A stretch of 64,000 bases of DNA from Acidobacteriota bacterium (GCA_011523845.1 WTFV01000150.1:32521-96520), one strand, 5' to 3'; numbered from the stretch's first letter, positions 41,982 through 53,602 are shown. Notes: a model not told the origin generated them from the sequence alone. Made by a program: numbers and translations.

Positions 41982-42401
41982 TCACCGGGACCGACCGCGA
42001 CCGCGCCGCGACGACCGCGACCTGGAGCCTGAGCGTCCGTCGGACTGGGCCTGGTTGCCGGAAGACCGACCGTTGCCGGACGCACCGCCGGCGTGGCGCC
42101 GGTCGTTGGACGGCCGGGGCTGGCCGCCGCGCTCGCGCCCCTGCTTCCTGCCGGCCTGCGGAGCGCCCTGGCCGTTGCCGCCGGTCTGCTGGTGCATCGT
42201 GAACAGCGGCGGCTCGCGGGGCGGCGGCGGCGCGCCGTCCGGGTGCTTCAGCGTGGCCCGGATCAACGGACGGCGGACCGATCCCTCGCGCTCGACCTCT
42301 CGGGCGTCGGCCGCCCCATCCGCGACTGCCTGCTTCAGCAACTCGTCTTTGCGCGAACCGTCGTCCACAGTGTCGCCCTCGCGGACCTGCCGCTGCTCCA
42401 T
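41982..42401 (-). CDS. Hypothetical protein with Arg/Gly/Ser-rich disordered C-terminus
   Basis: 139-aa ORF ending 10 nt before fabI. The N-terminal half has normal composition, and the C-terminus reads ...GRSGSRSRSSRRGRGRSR. It could still be a GC artefact. Confidence 0.4.
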   Translation of the reverse strand: MEQRQVREGDTVDDGSRKDELLKQAVADGAADAREVEREGSVRRPLIRATLKHPDGAPPPPREPPLFTMHQQTGGNGQGAPQAGRKQGRERGGQPRPSNDRRHAGGASGNGRSSGNQAQSDGRSGSRSRSSRRGRGRSR

Positions 42402-42530
42402 CTGTTTCCCCCGAGCAAGTCAGAACGCCGTCAGAAAGGCGGGACCGAAGTAAAGCCGGCGCGCAGGATGCCGAGTCTAGCAGAGCCGGCAAACACGGGC
42501 AAACAGCTCCTGTCCTGCTCCAGGCCCGGC

Positions 42531-42586
42531 CAGGAGTCTGCGCCGTAGAGCGGCGCGGACTCCTCGTGGGTTGGTTGGGCGCCAAG
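42531..42586. repeat. About 56-bp REP-like element, inverted copy
   Basis: The reverse complement cttggcgcccaaccaacccacgaggagtccgcgccgctctacggcgcagactcctg aligns along its length with 40797-40856. Confidence 0.8.
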
Positions 42587-42613
42587 CGGAGCCGTCAGGC
42601 GACGATCGGCGGG

Positions 42614-44004
<1,391 letters not shown>

Positions 44005-44008
<4 letters not shown>

Positions 44009-45237
44009 GTCGCCGAAGTACCCGTCGGCTCCGCGGCCCCGGCCCGGGTCGCCCGCCGCCGGCTGGCCGCGTTGGCGATCGGCAGGCCCCAGATCTCGAT
44101 GAAGCCCTCGGCCGCACCGTGGTCGAACTTGTCGCCCTCGTCGTAGGTGGCCAGCGCCGTGTCGTACAGCGACGCGGGCGACTTGCGTCCGACGACCCGG
44201 CAGTCGCCCTTCGACAGCTTCAGGCGCACCGTGCCGGTGACGTGTTGCTGCACGGTGGCGACGAACGCGTCGATGGCCTCGCGCGTCGGCGAGAACCAGA
44301 GCCCGTCGTAGACGAGATCCGCATAGGTGCGCGACAGGCCCCCCTTGAGCCGCTCGAGGTCGCGCGGGATGACCAGCGCCTCGAGCTCGCGGTGGGCGAC
44401 GTGCAGCACGGTCGCGGCGGGCGCCTCGTAGATCTCCCGCGACTTGATGCCGACCAGGCGGTTCTCGACCATGTCGATCCGTCCCACGCCGTGTGCGCCC
44501 GCGATCGTCTCCAGCGAGTTGATCAACTCGATCAGCGGCATCGCCACGCCGTTGACCTCGACCGGCACGCCGCGCTCGAACTCGACCTCGACGTAGGCCG
44601 GCGCGTCGGGAGCGCCGGCGGGCGACTTCGTCAGCGTGTAGATGTCCTCGGGAGGCTCCTGCCACGGGTCCTCCAGCACGCCGCACTCGATCGACTTGCC
44701 CCACAGGTTGGAGTCGGTGCTGTAGGGGCTGTCGACCGAGGCGGGTACGGGAATCCCGTGCTCGCGCGCGTAGGCGATCTCCTCGGGGCGGGTCATGCCC
44801 CAGACGCGGGCCGGCGCGACCACCTCGAGATCGGGATTCAGGGCGCGCGCCGACACGTCCATGCGCACCTGGTCGTTGCCCTTCCCGGTGCACCCGTGCG
44901 CGATCATGCCGGCGTCCTCCAGCTCCGCGATCTCCACCAGCTTCTTCGTGATCAGCGGGCGTCCGAGCGCGGTCGCCAGCGGGTACCTGCCCTCGTATAC
45001 GGCCCCGGCCTGGAGCGCCGGCAGGATGTACTCCTGCGCGAACTCCTCGCGCGCGTCGACCACGTGGGCGCGCACCGCGCCGACCGCCAGGGCGCGCTCG
45101 CGCACGTCGTCGAGCTCCTTTCCCTGGCCCAGGTCGATGGTGGCCGCCACGATTTCGGCGTCGTAGCGGTCCGCGAGCCACTTGACCGCCACCGAGGTGT
45201 CCAGCCCGCCCGAGTATGCCAACACGATCCGTTCCAT
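44005..45237 (-). CDS. argG: Argininosuccinate synthase
   Basis: MERIVLAYSGGLDTSV... and HGCTGKGNDQVR. Confidence 0.95.
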
Positions 45238-45267
45238 GCCCTGCTCTCCTCGCTCCGTTGTGGAAGT

Positions 45268-45744
45268 CTAGGCCCGGCGCGGATAACCGCGGTCGTCCAT
45301 CGCCCAGCCTTCGAACAGCCGTGTCACCTCGCGTCCGGCCCGCGCGTGCCGGGTGATCACCAGAATGGTGTCGTCGCCGGCCACGGTACCGACCACTTCC
45401 GACAGCTCGGCCCTGTCGATCGCCAGCGCGAGCGGCTGCGCCAGCCCCGGGTCGGTCCGCAGCACCAGCAACTGCTGCACGAGGTCGACGCGGCGGAGGT
45501 ACTCGACGATGGCCCGGCGCAGGGCCGCGTCGGCCAACCCGCGCGCGCCCTCGGTGGCGCCGGGCCGTTCGTACGCGCCGTCACTCGCGCGCTTGACGAG
45601 CTGCAGCTCCTTGATGTCCCGGGAGATCGTGGCCTGCGTGGCGTGGAAGCCGCGCTTGCGAAGCTGCCGTCCCAGCGCGTCCTGACTGGAGATGGCTTCG
45701 CGCGACACGAGATCGAGGATGGCCGACTGCCGGTAGCGCTTCAT
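45268..45744 (-). CDS. argR: Arginine repressor ArgR
   Basis: MKRYRQSAILDLVSREAISSQDALGRQLRKRGFHATQATISRDIKEL... and GTVAGDDTILV. Confidence 0.92.
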   Translation of the reverse strand: MKRYRQSAILDLVSREAISSQDALGRQLRKRGFHATQATISRDIKELQLVKRASDGAYERPGATEGARGLADAALRRAIVEYLRRVDLVQQLLVLRTDPGLAQPLALAIDRAELSEVVGTVAGDDTILVITRHARAGREVTRLFEGWAMDDRGYPRRA

Positions 45745-45755
45745 AAATATTCACA
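45738..45755. promoter_or_regulatory. ARG-box-like site overlapping the argR start (possible autoregulation)
   Basis: GCTTCATAAATATTCACA versus the E. coli-type consensus TNTGAATWWWWATTCANW (12 of 15 specified positions). It is an AT island in GC-rich DNA. Confidence 0.4.
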
Positions 45756-45850
45756 AAGCCGCATTAGTATACACGCCAGCGAATTGCCCGGCAACGCGGC
45801 TCTTCCCGGCGCGGACACAATTTCCCGCAAGGATGGAAGGACCGGTCCAG

Positions 45851-45879
45851 TTGACGCGCGCTGCTTCCGTGCGTATAAT
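45851..45879 (+). promoter_or_regulatory. Sigma-70-type promoter of the argC operon
   Basis: TTGACG (45851-45856), 17 nt, then TATAAT (45874-45879), 58 nt upstream of the argC ATG. Confidence 0.65.
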
Positions 45880-45889
45880 TACTCCCTTG

Positions 45890-45907
45890 CATGCATAGTT
45901 ATTCAGA
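45890..45907. promoter_or_regulatory. ARG-box-like operator just downstream of the -10 of the argC promoter
   Basis: CATGCATAGTTATTCAGA versus TNTGAATWWWWATTCANW (13 of 15 specified positions). Confidence 0.5.
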
Positions 45908-45936
45908 CCCGGCACGGCGCCGCTGACCAGAGTCCG

Positions 45937-46926
45937 ATGTCCACCATCCGAATCGGGATTGCCGGTGCGACCGGCTACGGCGGCCAGGAGTTGCTGCGCC
46001 TCGCCGCACGCCACTCCGCGGTCGACGTCACCGTCGCGATGAGCTCGGGGACCGCGGACGGCGCACGGGATCTGCCGGCGCTGACCGGGATCTGGGACGG
46101 ACGGATCGAACCGTTCTCGATCGACGTGCTGGCCGATCGAACCGACGTCGTCTTTCTGGGCCTGCCCGACACGGTCAGCGCCGAGCTCGCTCCGGCCCTG
46201 CTCGCGCGCGGCCGGCGCGTCTTCGATCTGTCGGGGGCCTTTCGACTCCGTGACGCCGATGCGCGCCGGCGGTGGTACCCGGCCACGCCCGCCCTCGATC
46301 GGCCCGCCGCCTACGGGCTGACGGAATGGAATCGCGACGTGCTGCCGGATGCCGGGCTCGTCGCCTGCCCCGGGTGCTATCCGACCGCGGCGCTTCTGGC
46401 CCTGAAGCCGCTCGTCGCGGCCGACCTGATCGCCGCCGACGCGGACGTGTACGTCGACGCGAAGTCGGGCGTGTCGGGGGCCGGCAAGAAGCCGAGCCCG
46501 CGCACGCACTTCTCCGAGGTGCACGGCAGCATCGCCGCCTACGGCATCTTCGCCCATCGTCACGGCGCCGAGATGGAGCAGGAGCTGTCGCGCCCGGTGA
46601 CGTTCGTCCCGCACCTGGTGCCGCTCGACCGCGGCATTCTGGAGACCATCTACGCCCGCCTGCGCCCCGGCGTGACGGCGGAGACCATCGGCGAGGCCTA
46701 CGCGAGGGCCTACGAGGAATCTCCGTTCGTGCGCCTGACCGGCGACCGCCCACCCGAGATCAAGCACGTGGCGCACACGAATTTCTGCGACGTCGGGTGG
46801 CGCGTGGACGGCGGGCGGCTGGTGCTGGTGTGCTGCCTGGACAATCTGGTCAAGGGCGCCGCCGGCCAGGCGCTGCAGAGCTTCAACGTCGCGTGCGGGC
46901 TGGACGAGCGCGAGGGACTCCGGTGA
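45937..46926 (+). CDS. argC: N-acetyl-gamma-glutamyl-phosphate reductase
   Basis: MSTIRIGIAGATGYGGQELLRL... and ACPGCYPTA active-site Cys. Confidence 0.95.
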   Translation: MSTIRIGIAGATGYGGQELLRLAARHSAVDVTVAMSSGTADGARDLPALTGIWDGRIEPFSIDVLADRTDVVFLGLPDTVSAELAPALLARGRRVFDLSGAFRLRDADARRRWYPATPALDRPAAYGLTEWNRDVLPDAGLVACPGCYPTAALLALKPLVAADLIAADADVYVDAKSGVSGAGKKPSPRTHFSEVHGSIAAYGIFAHRHGAEMEQELSRPVTFVPHLVPLDRGILETIYARLRPGVTAETIGEAYARAYEESPFVRLTGDRPPEIKHVAHTNFCDVGWRVDGGRLVLVCCLDNLVKGAAGQALQSFNVACGLDEREGLR

Positions 46927-47765
46927 CGGCGCGCCGCCGGCCGCCGACGATCGTCAAGCTCGGGGGCGAGCTGCTGGAGGAGGCGGCGCGCCTGCGCCGG
47001 ATCGCCGGCGCACTGGCCGACGCGGCGGAGCGCGAGCCGCTGGTGGTGGTGCACGGCGGCGGGCGCGAGGTGGACGCCGAGATGGCCCGCCTCGACATTC
47101 CGAAGCGGGCCGTCGACGGCCTGCGCATCACCGACGGCCCCACCCTGGACGTGGTGACGGGGGTACTGGCCGGGCGCGTCAACACGCGACTCGTCGCGGC
47201 GCTCGGCGCGGCCGGCGCCAGCGCGGTGGGCCTGACCGGCGCCGACGGCGGGGTCGCGCGGGTACGGCGGGAAAGGCGGTACAGGGCGGCGGACGGGCGG
47301 GAGGTCGATCTCGGATTCGTCGGCAGACCGGTCGGGACGGGGCCGCCGGCGTTGCTGATCGACCTGCTCGCGGCCGGCCACGTGCCGGTCGTCGCCAGCC
47401 TCGGCGCCGGCGCCGGGGGACAGGTCTTCAACGTCAACGCCGATACACTGGCAGGCTTCCTGGCAGCCCGGCTCGGCGCGCGGCGCCTGATCGTCGCCGG
47501 CGGGACGGCGGGCGTGCTGGATGCGGACGGCCGGACGATCCCCGTCGTGGACGACCGCGGGATCGACGCGCTGATCGGCGGCGGGCAGGCCAGCGCCGGC
47601 ATGGTGGCCAAGCTGCTCGCCTGCCGGGCCGCACTCGCGGGGGGCGCCGGCGAAGTCGCCATCGTCGATGGCCGGCAGGCGCGCCGCGGGATGTTCGACC
47701 GCGTGTCGGGAACCGTCGTCTCACGGCGGAACGAAACGGTGATTCAGGCCGAGGGAGGACGATGA
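46923..47765 (+). CDS. argB: Acetylglutamate kinase
   Basis: GTG overlapping the argC stop (GTGA). TIVKLGGELLEE...LVVVHGGG... Confidence 0.9.
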   Translation: MTARRRPPTIVKLGGELLEEAARLRRIAGALADAAEREPLVVVHGGGREVDAEMARLDIPKRAVDGLRITDGPTLDVVTGVLAGRVNTRLVAALGAAGASAVGLTGADGGVARVRRERRYRAADGREVDLGFVGRPVGTGPPALLIDLLAAGHVPVVASLGAGAGGQVFNVNADTLAGFLAARLGARRLIVAGGTAGVLDADGRTIPVVDDRGIDALIGGGQASAGMVAKLLACRAALAGGAGEVAIVDGRQARRGMFDRVSGTVVSRRNETVIQAEGGR

Positions 47766-48979
47766 CCACGAGGGCGGAGGCGATCAAGGCGCTCGAGGCC
47801 TCGCACGTGCTGCAGAACTACAAGCGGCATCCGGTGGTGTTCGTGCGCGGCAGCGGATCGCGGCTGGTCGATACCGACGGGCGCGAGTACGTCGACCTGC
47901 TGTCCGGGATCGGGGTCGCCTCGCTCGGGCACGCCCCCGGGGAGCTGGCGGCGGCGCTGACCGCCCAGGCGGGCGAGCTGCTGCACACGTCCAACCTCTT
48001 CTTCCACCCGCTGCAGGGCGAGGTGGCCGAGCGTCTCGCGCGACTGTCCGGGCTGCCGCGGGCATTCTTCTGCAACAGCGGGACCGAGGCGGTCGAGGCG
48101 TGCCTGAAGTTCGCCCGCCGCTACTGGCGGACGCGGGGCGCGAACGAGCGCCACGAGATCGTCGCCTTCGAGGGAGCCTTCCACGGCCGGACGTTCGGCT
48201 CGCTGTCCGTTACGGCGGGAGAGCCGTACCGCGCCCCGTTCGCCCCGCTGGTGCCGGGCGTGCGGTTCGTCTCCCCGACCGATCCGGGCCAAGTGCGCGA
48301 CGCGGTCGGCGAACGGACCGCCGCGGTCATCGTCGAGCCGATCCAGGGAGAGGGCGGTGTGCGGCCGGTGCCCGGGGCCACCGCGGCGGCGATCGCCGAG
48401 GCGTGCGCGGCAACGGGAACGCTGTTGATCACGGACGAGATCCAGTGCGGCCTCGGCCGTACGGGACGACCGTTCCACGGCGCCGCCCTCGGGCTGACCC
48501 CGGACCTGATCCCCGTCGGGAAGTCGCTCGGCGGCGGCTTCCCCGTCGCCGCCGCGCTCATGAGCGAGGCGATCGCGGCGGCCGTGGCGTTCGGCGACCA
48601 CGGCAGCACCTACGGCGGGAACCTGCTGGCCTGCCGCGCCGCGCTGGTCTTTCTCGAGGCGCTCGGCAACGGCCTCGTCGAGCGCGTGGCTGCCGCCGGC
48701 CGCCGCCTGCGGCAGGGCCTCGACGCGCTGGTTGCGGACAGCGGCGCCATCCACGAGGTGCGTGGAGACGGGCTCATGCAGGGTCTCGAGGTCGACCAGG
48801 AAGTGGCGGACCGGGCGGTCGACTGCGCCCTCGCGCGGGGGCTCGTGATCAACCGCACCGCGGGCACGGTGATCCGGCTGCTCCCGCCGCTGAACATCTC
48901 CGATGAAGACATCGACGAGGGGCTGCGCCGCCTGCGCCTTGCGCTCGACGATGCCGGCGCCGCGCTGCGCGCGGCCTGA
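47762..48979 (+). CDS. argD: Acetylornithine aminotransferase
   Basis: VLQNYKRHPVVFVRGSGSRLVDTDGREYVDLLSGIGV... and DEIQCGLGRTG. Confidence 0.93.
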   Translation: MTTRAEAIKALEASHVLQNYKRHPVVFVRGSGSRLVDTDGREYVDLLSGIGVASLGHAPGELAAALTAQAGELLHTSNLFFHPLQGEVAERLARLSGLPRAFFCNSGTEAVEACLKFARRYWRTRGANERHEIVAFEGAFHGRTFGSLSVTAGEPYRAPFAPLVPGVRFVSPTDPGQVRDAVGERTAAVIVEPIQGEGGVRPVPGATAAAIAEACAATGTLLITDEIQCGLGRTGRPFHGAALGLTPDLIPVGKSLGGGFPVAAALMSEAIAAAVAFGDHGSTYGGNLLACRAALVFLEALGNGLVERVAAAGRRLRQGLDALVADSGAIHEVRGDGLMQGLEVDQEVADRAVDCALARGLVINRTAGTVIRLLPPLNISDEDIDEGLRRLRLALDDAGAALRAA

Positions 48980-48997
48980 AGCGACGAGCCGCGAACC

Positions 48998-49531
48998 ATG
49001 GCCACGCTGACCCCCATCGCACCCGCCGCCCCGCATGCGGCGCCCGCCCGCGAGATCGCGATCCGCCCCGCGACGGCGGCCGACGCCGGGCGCGTCTATG
49101 AACTCATCACCGAGAACCTCGTCTCGGGCCACCTGCTCGCGCGCCCGCTCGGCGAGGTGGAGCTGCACGTCCCGCGCTTTCTCGTCGCGACGGACGGCGA
49201 GGACGTCGTCGGCTGCGGCGAGCTGGCGCGCCTGAGCCCCGCCGTGGCCGAGGTCCGGTCACTGGTCGTCGACGCCTCCCGGCGTGGCGGAGGCATCGGA
49301 CGGCGCCTGCTCGACGCGTTGATCACCGAGGCGGTGTCGCAACGGTTCCCGCGGCTGTGCGCCTTCACCCACCAGGCGCGCCCGTTCGTGCGCGCCGGTT
49401 TCTCCATCGTGCCGCACCCGTGGGTGCCGGCCAAGATCGCGGCCGACTGCCAGACCTGCGATCTCTTCCGCCGCTGCCGGCAGTACGCCGTCGTGCTGGA
49501 CCTGAAGCGGACGGCGGGAGCCCGGCGATGA
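48998..49531 (+). CDS. GNAT-family N-acetyltransferase (possible short N-acetylglutamate synthase)
   Basis: VVDASRRGGGIGRRLLDAL (acetyl-CoA motif A, R/Q-x-x-G-x-G/A). It sits inside the arg operon, and its stop overlaps the argJ start. Confidence 0.75.
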   Translation: MATLTPIAPAAPHAAPAREIAIRPATAADAGRVYELITENLVSGHLLARPLGEVELHVPRFLVATDGEDVVGCGELARLSPAVAEVRSLVVDASRRGGGIGRRLLDALITEAVSQRFPRLCAFTHQARPFVRAGFSIVPHPWVPAKIAADCQTCDLFRRCRQYAVVLDLKRTAGARR

Positions 49532-50742
49532 CCCTGCCGGCCATCGTCGCGGCACGCGGCGGGATCACGGCCCCGGCCGGGTATCGGGCGGCCGGGGTCG
49601 CCTGCGGGCTCAAGCCCGCAGGGCTCGACCTCGCCCTCGTCGTCTCGGACGGGCTGGCGAGCGCCGCCGGCCTCTTCACCACCAACCTCGCGGTGGCGGC
49701 GCCCGTCGTGGTCTCGCGCGAGCAGCTCGCGCACTCCGGCGGGCGCGCCCGGGTCATCGCCGTCAACAGCAAGTGCGCCAACGCCTGCACCGGCGCCGAG
49801 GGCATGGCGGCCGCGCGCGCGATGGCCGCCGCGACGGCGCAGGCCGTCGGCTGCGACCCGGCGCACGTGCTGATCGCATCGACCGGCGTCATCGGCATGC
49901 GTCTGGACACCGGCAAGGTCGAGGCCGGCATCGAAGAGGCGGCGCGAAGCCTGAGCCGCAGCGCGCACCTCGCCGCGGCCGAGGCGATCATGACCACCGA
50001 CACCGCGCCCAAGGAGGCGGCGGTCCACGTCACGACGCCGGCGGGACGCTTCACCATCGGCGGCATGGTGAAGGGCGCGGGGATGATCGAGCCGAACCTG
50101 GCGACGATGCTCGGATTCCTGACCACCGACGCCGCCGCCGATCCCGCAACCCTCGATCGCGCCCTGCGGGAAGTGGCGCGCGACACGTTCAACGCGATCA
50201 CCGTGGACGGCGAGCCGTCGACCAACGACACGGTCTTCATGCTGGCCAACGGCGCGAGCGGCGTCGGCATGGACGAAGCGACTTACACCGCGCTGGTGGC
50301 CGGTCTCCACGCGCTGTGCACGAGTCTGGCCCGCGAGATCGTTCGCGGGGGCGAAGGCGCCACGAAGCTGGTCACGGTGCGCGTCACCGGCGCCGAGTCG
50401 GAGGAGGACGCGCGGCGCACGGCGCGGCTCATCGCCAACTCCCCGCTGGTCAAGACGGCGCTCAACGGGGGGGACCCGAACTGGGGCCGGCTCGTGGCGG
50501 TCGCCGGGCGGGCCGGCGTCGCTTTCGATCCGGACCGCACCGTCGTGCGGATCGGCCAGGTCACGCTCTACGACGGTACGACCGTCTTCTCCGCACGGGA
50601 GAGCGAGGCCGCCGCCCACCTGCAGGGACACGAAGTCGAGGTCGCCGTCGACCTCGGCGTCGGGGGCGCCGGCGCGGCCACGATGTGGACCTGCGACTTC
50701 AGCGCCGAGTACGTGCACATCAACGCGGACTACCGCACGTGA
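49528..50742 (+). CDS. argJ: Bifunctional glutamate N-acetyltransferase / amino-acid acetyltransferase ArgJ
   Basis: MTLPAIVAARGGITAPAGYRAAGVACGLK... with autoprocessing site ATMLGFLTTDA. Confidence 0.93.
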   Translation: MTLPAIVAARGGITAPAGYRAAGVACGLKPAGLDLALVVSDGLASAAGLFTTNLAVAAPVVVSREQLAHSGGRARVIAVNSKCANACTGAEGMAAARAMAAATAQAVGCDPAHVLIASTGVIGMRLDTGKVEAGIEEAARSLSRSAHLAAAEAIMTTDTAPKEAAVHVTTPAGRFTIGGMVKGAGMIEPNLATMLGFLTTDAAADPATLDRALREVARDTFNAITVDGEPSTNDTVFMLANGASGVGMDEATYTALVAGLHALCTSLAREIVRGGEGATKLVTVRVTGAESEEDARRTARLIANSPLVKTALNGGDPNWGRLVAVAGRAGVAFDPDRTVVRIGQVTLYDGTTVFSARESEAAAHLQGHEVEVAVDLGVGGAGAATMWTCDFSAEYVHINADYRT

Positions 50743-50752
50743 AGTCGGGAAA

Positions 50753-51742
50753 GTGACTGCCCATCACCCCGCGCCGGCGACGCCGCGCACGCCGCGCGGC
50801 GCCAGCAGTCTCGAAGGCCGCTGCTTCCTGTCGGTCCTCGACTTCGAGCCGGCCGACCTGGAGCACGGCCTGGCGCTCTCCGCCGCCGTCAAGCGCGACC
50901 GGCCGCTCGGCAAGGAAGCGCCCACGTCGGCGGCGCTGCAGGGCACCTACATCGCGCTGCTGTTCGAGAAGCCGTCCCTGCGCACCCGCTCCACGTTCGA
51001 GATCGCGATCCGCGAGCTCGGCGGCAACTACATCGACCCGGCGGCGGACGTCGCGCTCGGAAAGCGGGAGTCGCTCGCCGACGTCGGCCGCAGCCTCGAG
51101 CGCTGGGTGGCCGGCGCCGTGGTCCGGACCTACGAACAGTCGCGACTGCGCGATCTCGCGCTCGCGACCACTTCGTTCCGCGTCATCAACGCGCTCAGCA
51201 ACGAGGAGCATCCCTGCCAGGCGCTGGCCGACTGCCTGACCCTGCAGGAGCGCTGGGGCGATCCGCGCGGCCGCAGCGTGGCGTTCGTCGGCGACGGCAA
51301 CAACGTGGCCACCTCGTTGGCCCAGGCGGCGGTGATGCTCGGCATCCACGTGCGCGTGGCGTCACCGGATGGTTTCGACCTCGCGCCGGAGGTCGATGCC
51401 GACGTCGCGCGCGTCGCCCGGCACGGCGCGGAGCTGACGCGGTTTCGCGACCCGGCGGCCGCGGTGCGCGGGGCCGACGCCGTCTACACCGACGTCTGGA
51501 CCTCGATGGGCCGCGAGGCCGAGGCCGCGGTGCGGCGCCGACTCTTCGCGCCGTACCAGGTCAACGACGCGCTCATGGCGCACGCCGCGCCGGACGCCTG
51601 CTTTCTGCACTGCCTGCCGGCTCATCGGGGAGAGGAAGTGACCGACTCGGTGATGGACAGCCCCGCGTCGGTCGTCTTCGACCAGGCCGAGAACCGCCTG
51701 CACACGCAGAAGGCGCTGCTGGTGATGCTGTTCGAGGACTGA
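50753..51742 (+). CDS. argF: Ornithine carbamoyltransferase
   Basis: [17 protein letters not shown] and [10 protein letters not shown] motifs. Confidence 0.95.
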   Translation: MTAHHPAPATPRTPRGASSLEGRCFLSVLDFEPADLEHGLALSAAVKRDRPLGKEAPTSAALQGTYIALLFEKPSLRTRSTFEIAIRELGGNYIDPAADVALGKRESLADVGRSLERWVAGAVVRTYEQSRLRDLALATTSFRVINALSNEEHPCQALADCLTLQERWGDPRGRSVAFVGDGNNVATSLAQAAVMLGIHVRVASPDGFDLAPEVDADVARVARHGAELTRFRDPAAAVRGADAVYTDVWTSMGREAEAAVRRRLFAPYQVNDALMAHAAPDACFLHCLPAHRGEEVTDSVMDSPASVVFDQAENRLHTQKALLVMLFED

Positions 51743-51750
51743 CGCCGGGA

Positions 51751-52257
51751 TCAGGGCTCCGCGCCGTCCTCGAGCGCGGCCGCCGCGCGCTCCACCTTCT
51801 CGGCCAACCCCGCCTTGTAGGCGGCAAGCCGCTCGGCGACCCCGGCATCCGAGAGCGCCAGGATCTGGGCGGCGAGCACCGCGGCGTTGACCGCCCCTGC
51901 CGCACCGACCGACACCGTGGCCACCGGAACGCCCGGCGGCATCTGCACGGTGGCGAGCAAGGCATCCCATCCCTTCAGGGGAGAGGAGTCGACAGGGACC
52001 CCGATGACCGGCAGGGTCGAGTGGGCCGCAACCACCCCCGCGAGGTGCGCGGCGGCCCCGGCCCCGACGATGAACACCCGCACGCCGCGGCCCGGCGCTT
52101 CGTCGACGATGCGCTGCACGCGCGCGGGCGAGCGGTGCGCGGAGGCGACCGTCATGTGCGACGAGACGCCGAGCGTGTCGAGCACGTCGACCGCCTTGCG
52201 CATGACCGGCGCATCCGAATTCGATCCCATCAGTATCTGTACGTCTCGGTCCGCCAT
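51751..52257 (-). CDS. purE: N5-carboxyaminoimidazole ribonucleotide mutase
   Basis: ILMGSNSD..., [17 protein letters not shown]. Confidence 0.95.
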   Translation of the reverse strand: MADRDVQILMGSNSDAPVMRKAVDVLDTLGVSSHMTVASAHRSPARVQRIVDEAPGRGVRVFIVGAGAAAHLAGVVAAHSTLPVIGVPVDSSPLKGWDALLATVQMPPGVPVATVSVGAAGAVNAAVLAAQILALSDAGVAERLAAYKAGLAEKVERAAAALEDGAEP

Positions 52258-52297
52258 CCGACGTCTGCCCTCCTGAGAGTCCGGCTGTGGATCCCTG

Positions 52298-53602
52298 TCA
52301 CGCCCGGCCGCGACCCGCTGCCGCGATCAGCGCCTTCCGTCCGATGTCCGTTCGCACGTGACTGCCCGGGAAACGAATGCGCCCCACGGCATCGTAGGCC
52401 CGTGCAACGGCCTGCTCGAAGCTCTCTCCGCGCGCCACGACCGTGAGCACGCGGCCGCCGCTGGTGACGACGACACCGTCCTTCATCGCCGTGCCCGCGT
52501 GGGCCACGTGCACCCCCGGCACCGAGGAGGCCTCCGCGAGCCCGCTGATCGGCAATCCGGTCTCGTACGCGCCGGGGTATCCGCCCGACGCCATCACGAC
52601 CCCGACGCGCGGATCGGCGGTCACGCGCCACTCCGCATCGCCGAGGTCGCCGCGCGCCGCCCCGAGCAGCACGGGGACCAGACCGCTCTCGACCATCGGG
52701 AGAATGACCTGCGCCTCCGGATCGCCGAGACGCACGTTGAACTCGATCACCTGCGGGCCGTCCCGCGTCAGCATGAGGCCGACGTAGAGCACGCCGCGGT
52801 ACTCGCGCCCTTCGGCGCGCATGCCGTCGAGCGCCGGGGTGACGATTTCCCGCATGACCCGCGACTCGACGTCCGGCCCGAAGAGCGGACTCGGCCCGAA
52901 CGCCCCCATGCCGCCGGTGTTCGGCCCCGCGTCCCCATCGAAGATCCGCTTGTGATCCTGCGCCGCGGGCAGCGTCACAGAGCGCCGGCCGTCGGCAATG
53001 ACGAAGCAGGAGACCTCCGATCCGGTCAGGCATTCCTCGATGACGACCGTCGCGCCGGCGTCCCCGAAACGCCGCGCCACCATCGCTTCGCGCACGGCAC
53101 GTTCCGCCGCATCCCGATCCGGCGCGACCGTGACCCCCTTGCCGGCCGCAAGCCCGTCCGCCTTGACGACGACGGGGAACCCGAACCGTTCCCCGGCGAC
53201 CGCCTCGAGCGCCTGCCCCTCGTCCGTGCACACCTCGAACCGGGCCGTCGGAATGCCGTGGCGCGCCATGAACGTCTTGGCGAAGGCCTTGCTCGATTCG
53301 AGCGCCGCCGCCGATCGCGACGGGCCGAACAGCAGTCGGCCCGCGTCGGCGAAAGCGTCGGCCACCCCCCGCGCGAGCGGCAGCTCGGGGCCGACGACGG
53401 TCAGCTCGGCGCCCTCGCGCACGGCCAGCGCCAGCAGCGCCGCCGGGTCGGCGACGTCCACCGGGACCACGCGCGTCGCGGCTTCCGCGGCGATACCCGC
53501 GTTGCCGGGCGCGCAGACGATCCGATCCACCGCGGCGTCGGCCCCGAACGCCCGGACGAGCGCGTGCTCGCGGGCGCCGCCGCCGATGACCAGCACCTTC
53601 AC
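52298..53602 (-). CDS. purD: Phosphoribosylamine-glycine ligase
   Basis: MKVLVIGGGAREHAL... (GTG start), ATP-grasp motifs, GGRVLTVVA. Confidence 0.95.
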   Translation of the reverse strand: MKVLVIGGGAREHALVRAFGADAAVDRIVCAPGNAGIAAEAATRVVPVDVADPAALLALAVREGAELTVVGPELPLARGVADAFADAGRLLFGPSRSAAALESSKAFAKTFMARHGIPTARFEVCTDEGQALEAVAGERFGFPVVVKADGLAAGKGVTVAPDRDAAERAVREAMVARRFGDAGATVVIEECLTGSEVSCFVIADGRRSVTLPAAQDHKRIFDGDAGPNTGGMGAFGPSPLFGPDVESRVMREIVTPALDGMRAEGREYRGVLYVGLMLTRDGPQVIEFNVRLGDPEAQVILPMVESGLVPVLLGAARGDLGDAEWRVTADPRVGVVMASGGYPGAYETGLPISGLAEASSVPGVHVAHAGTAMKDGVVVTSGGRVLTVVARGESFEQAVARAYDAVGRIRFPGSHVRTDIGRKALIAAAGRGRA

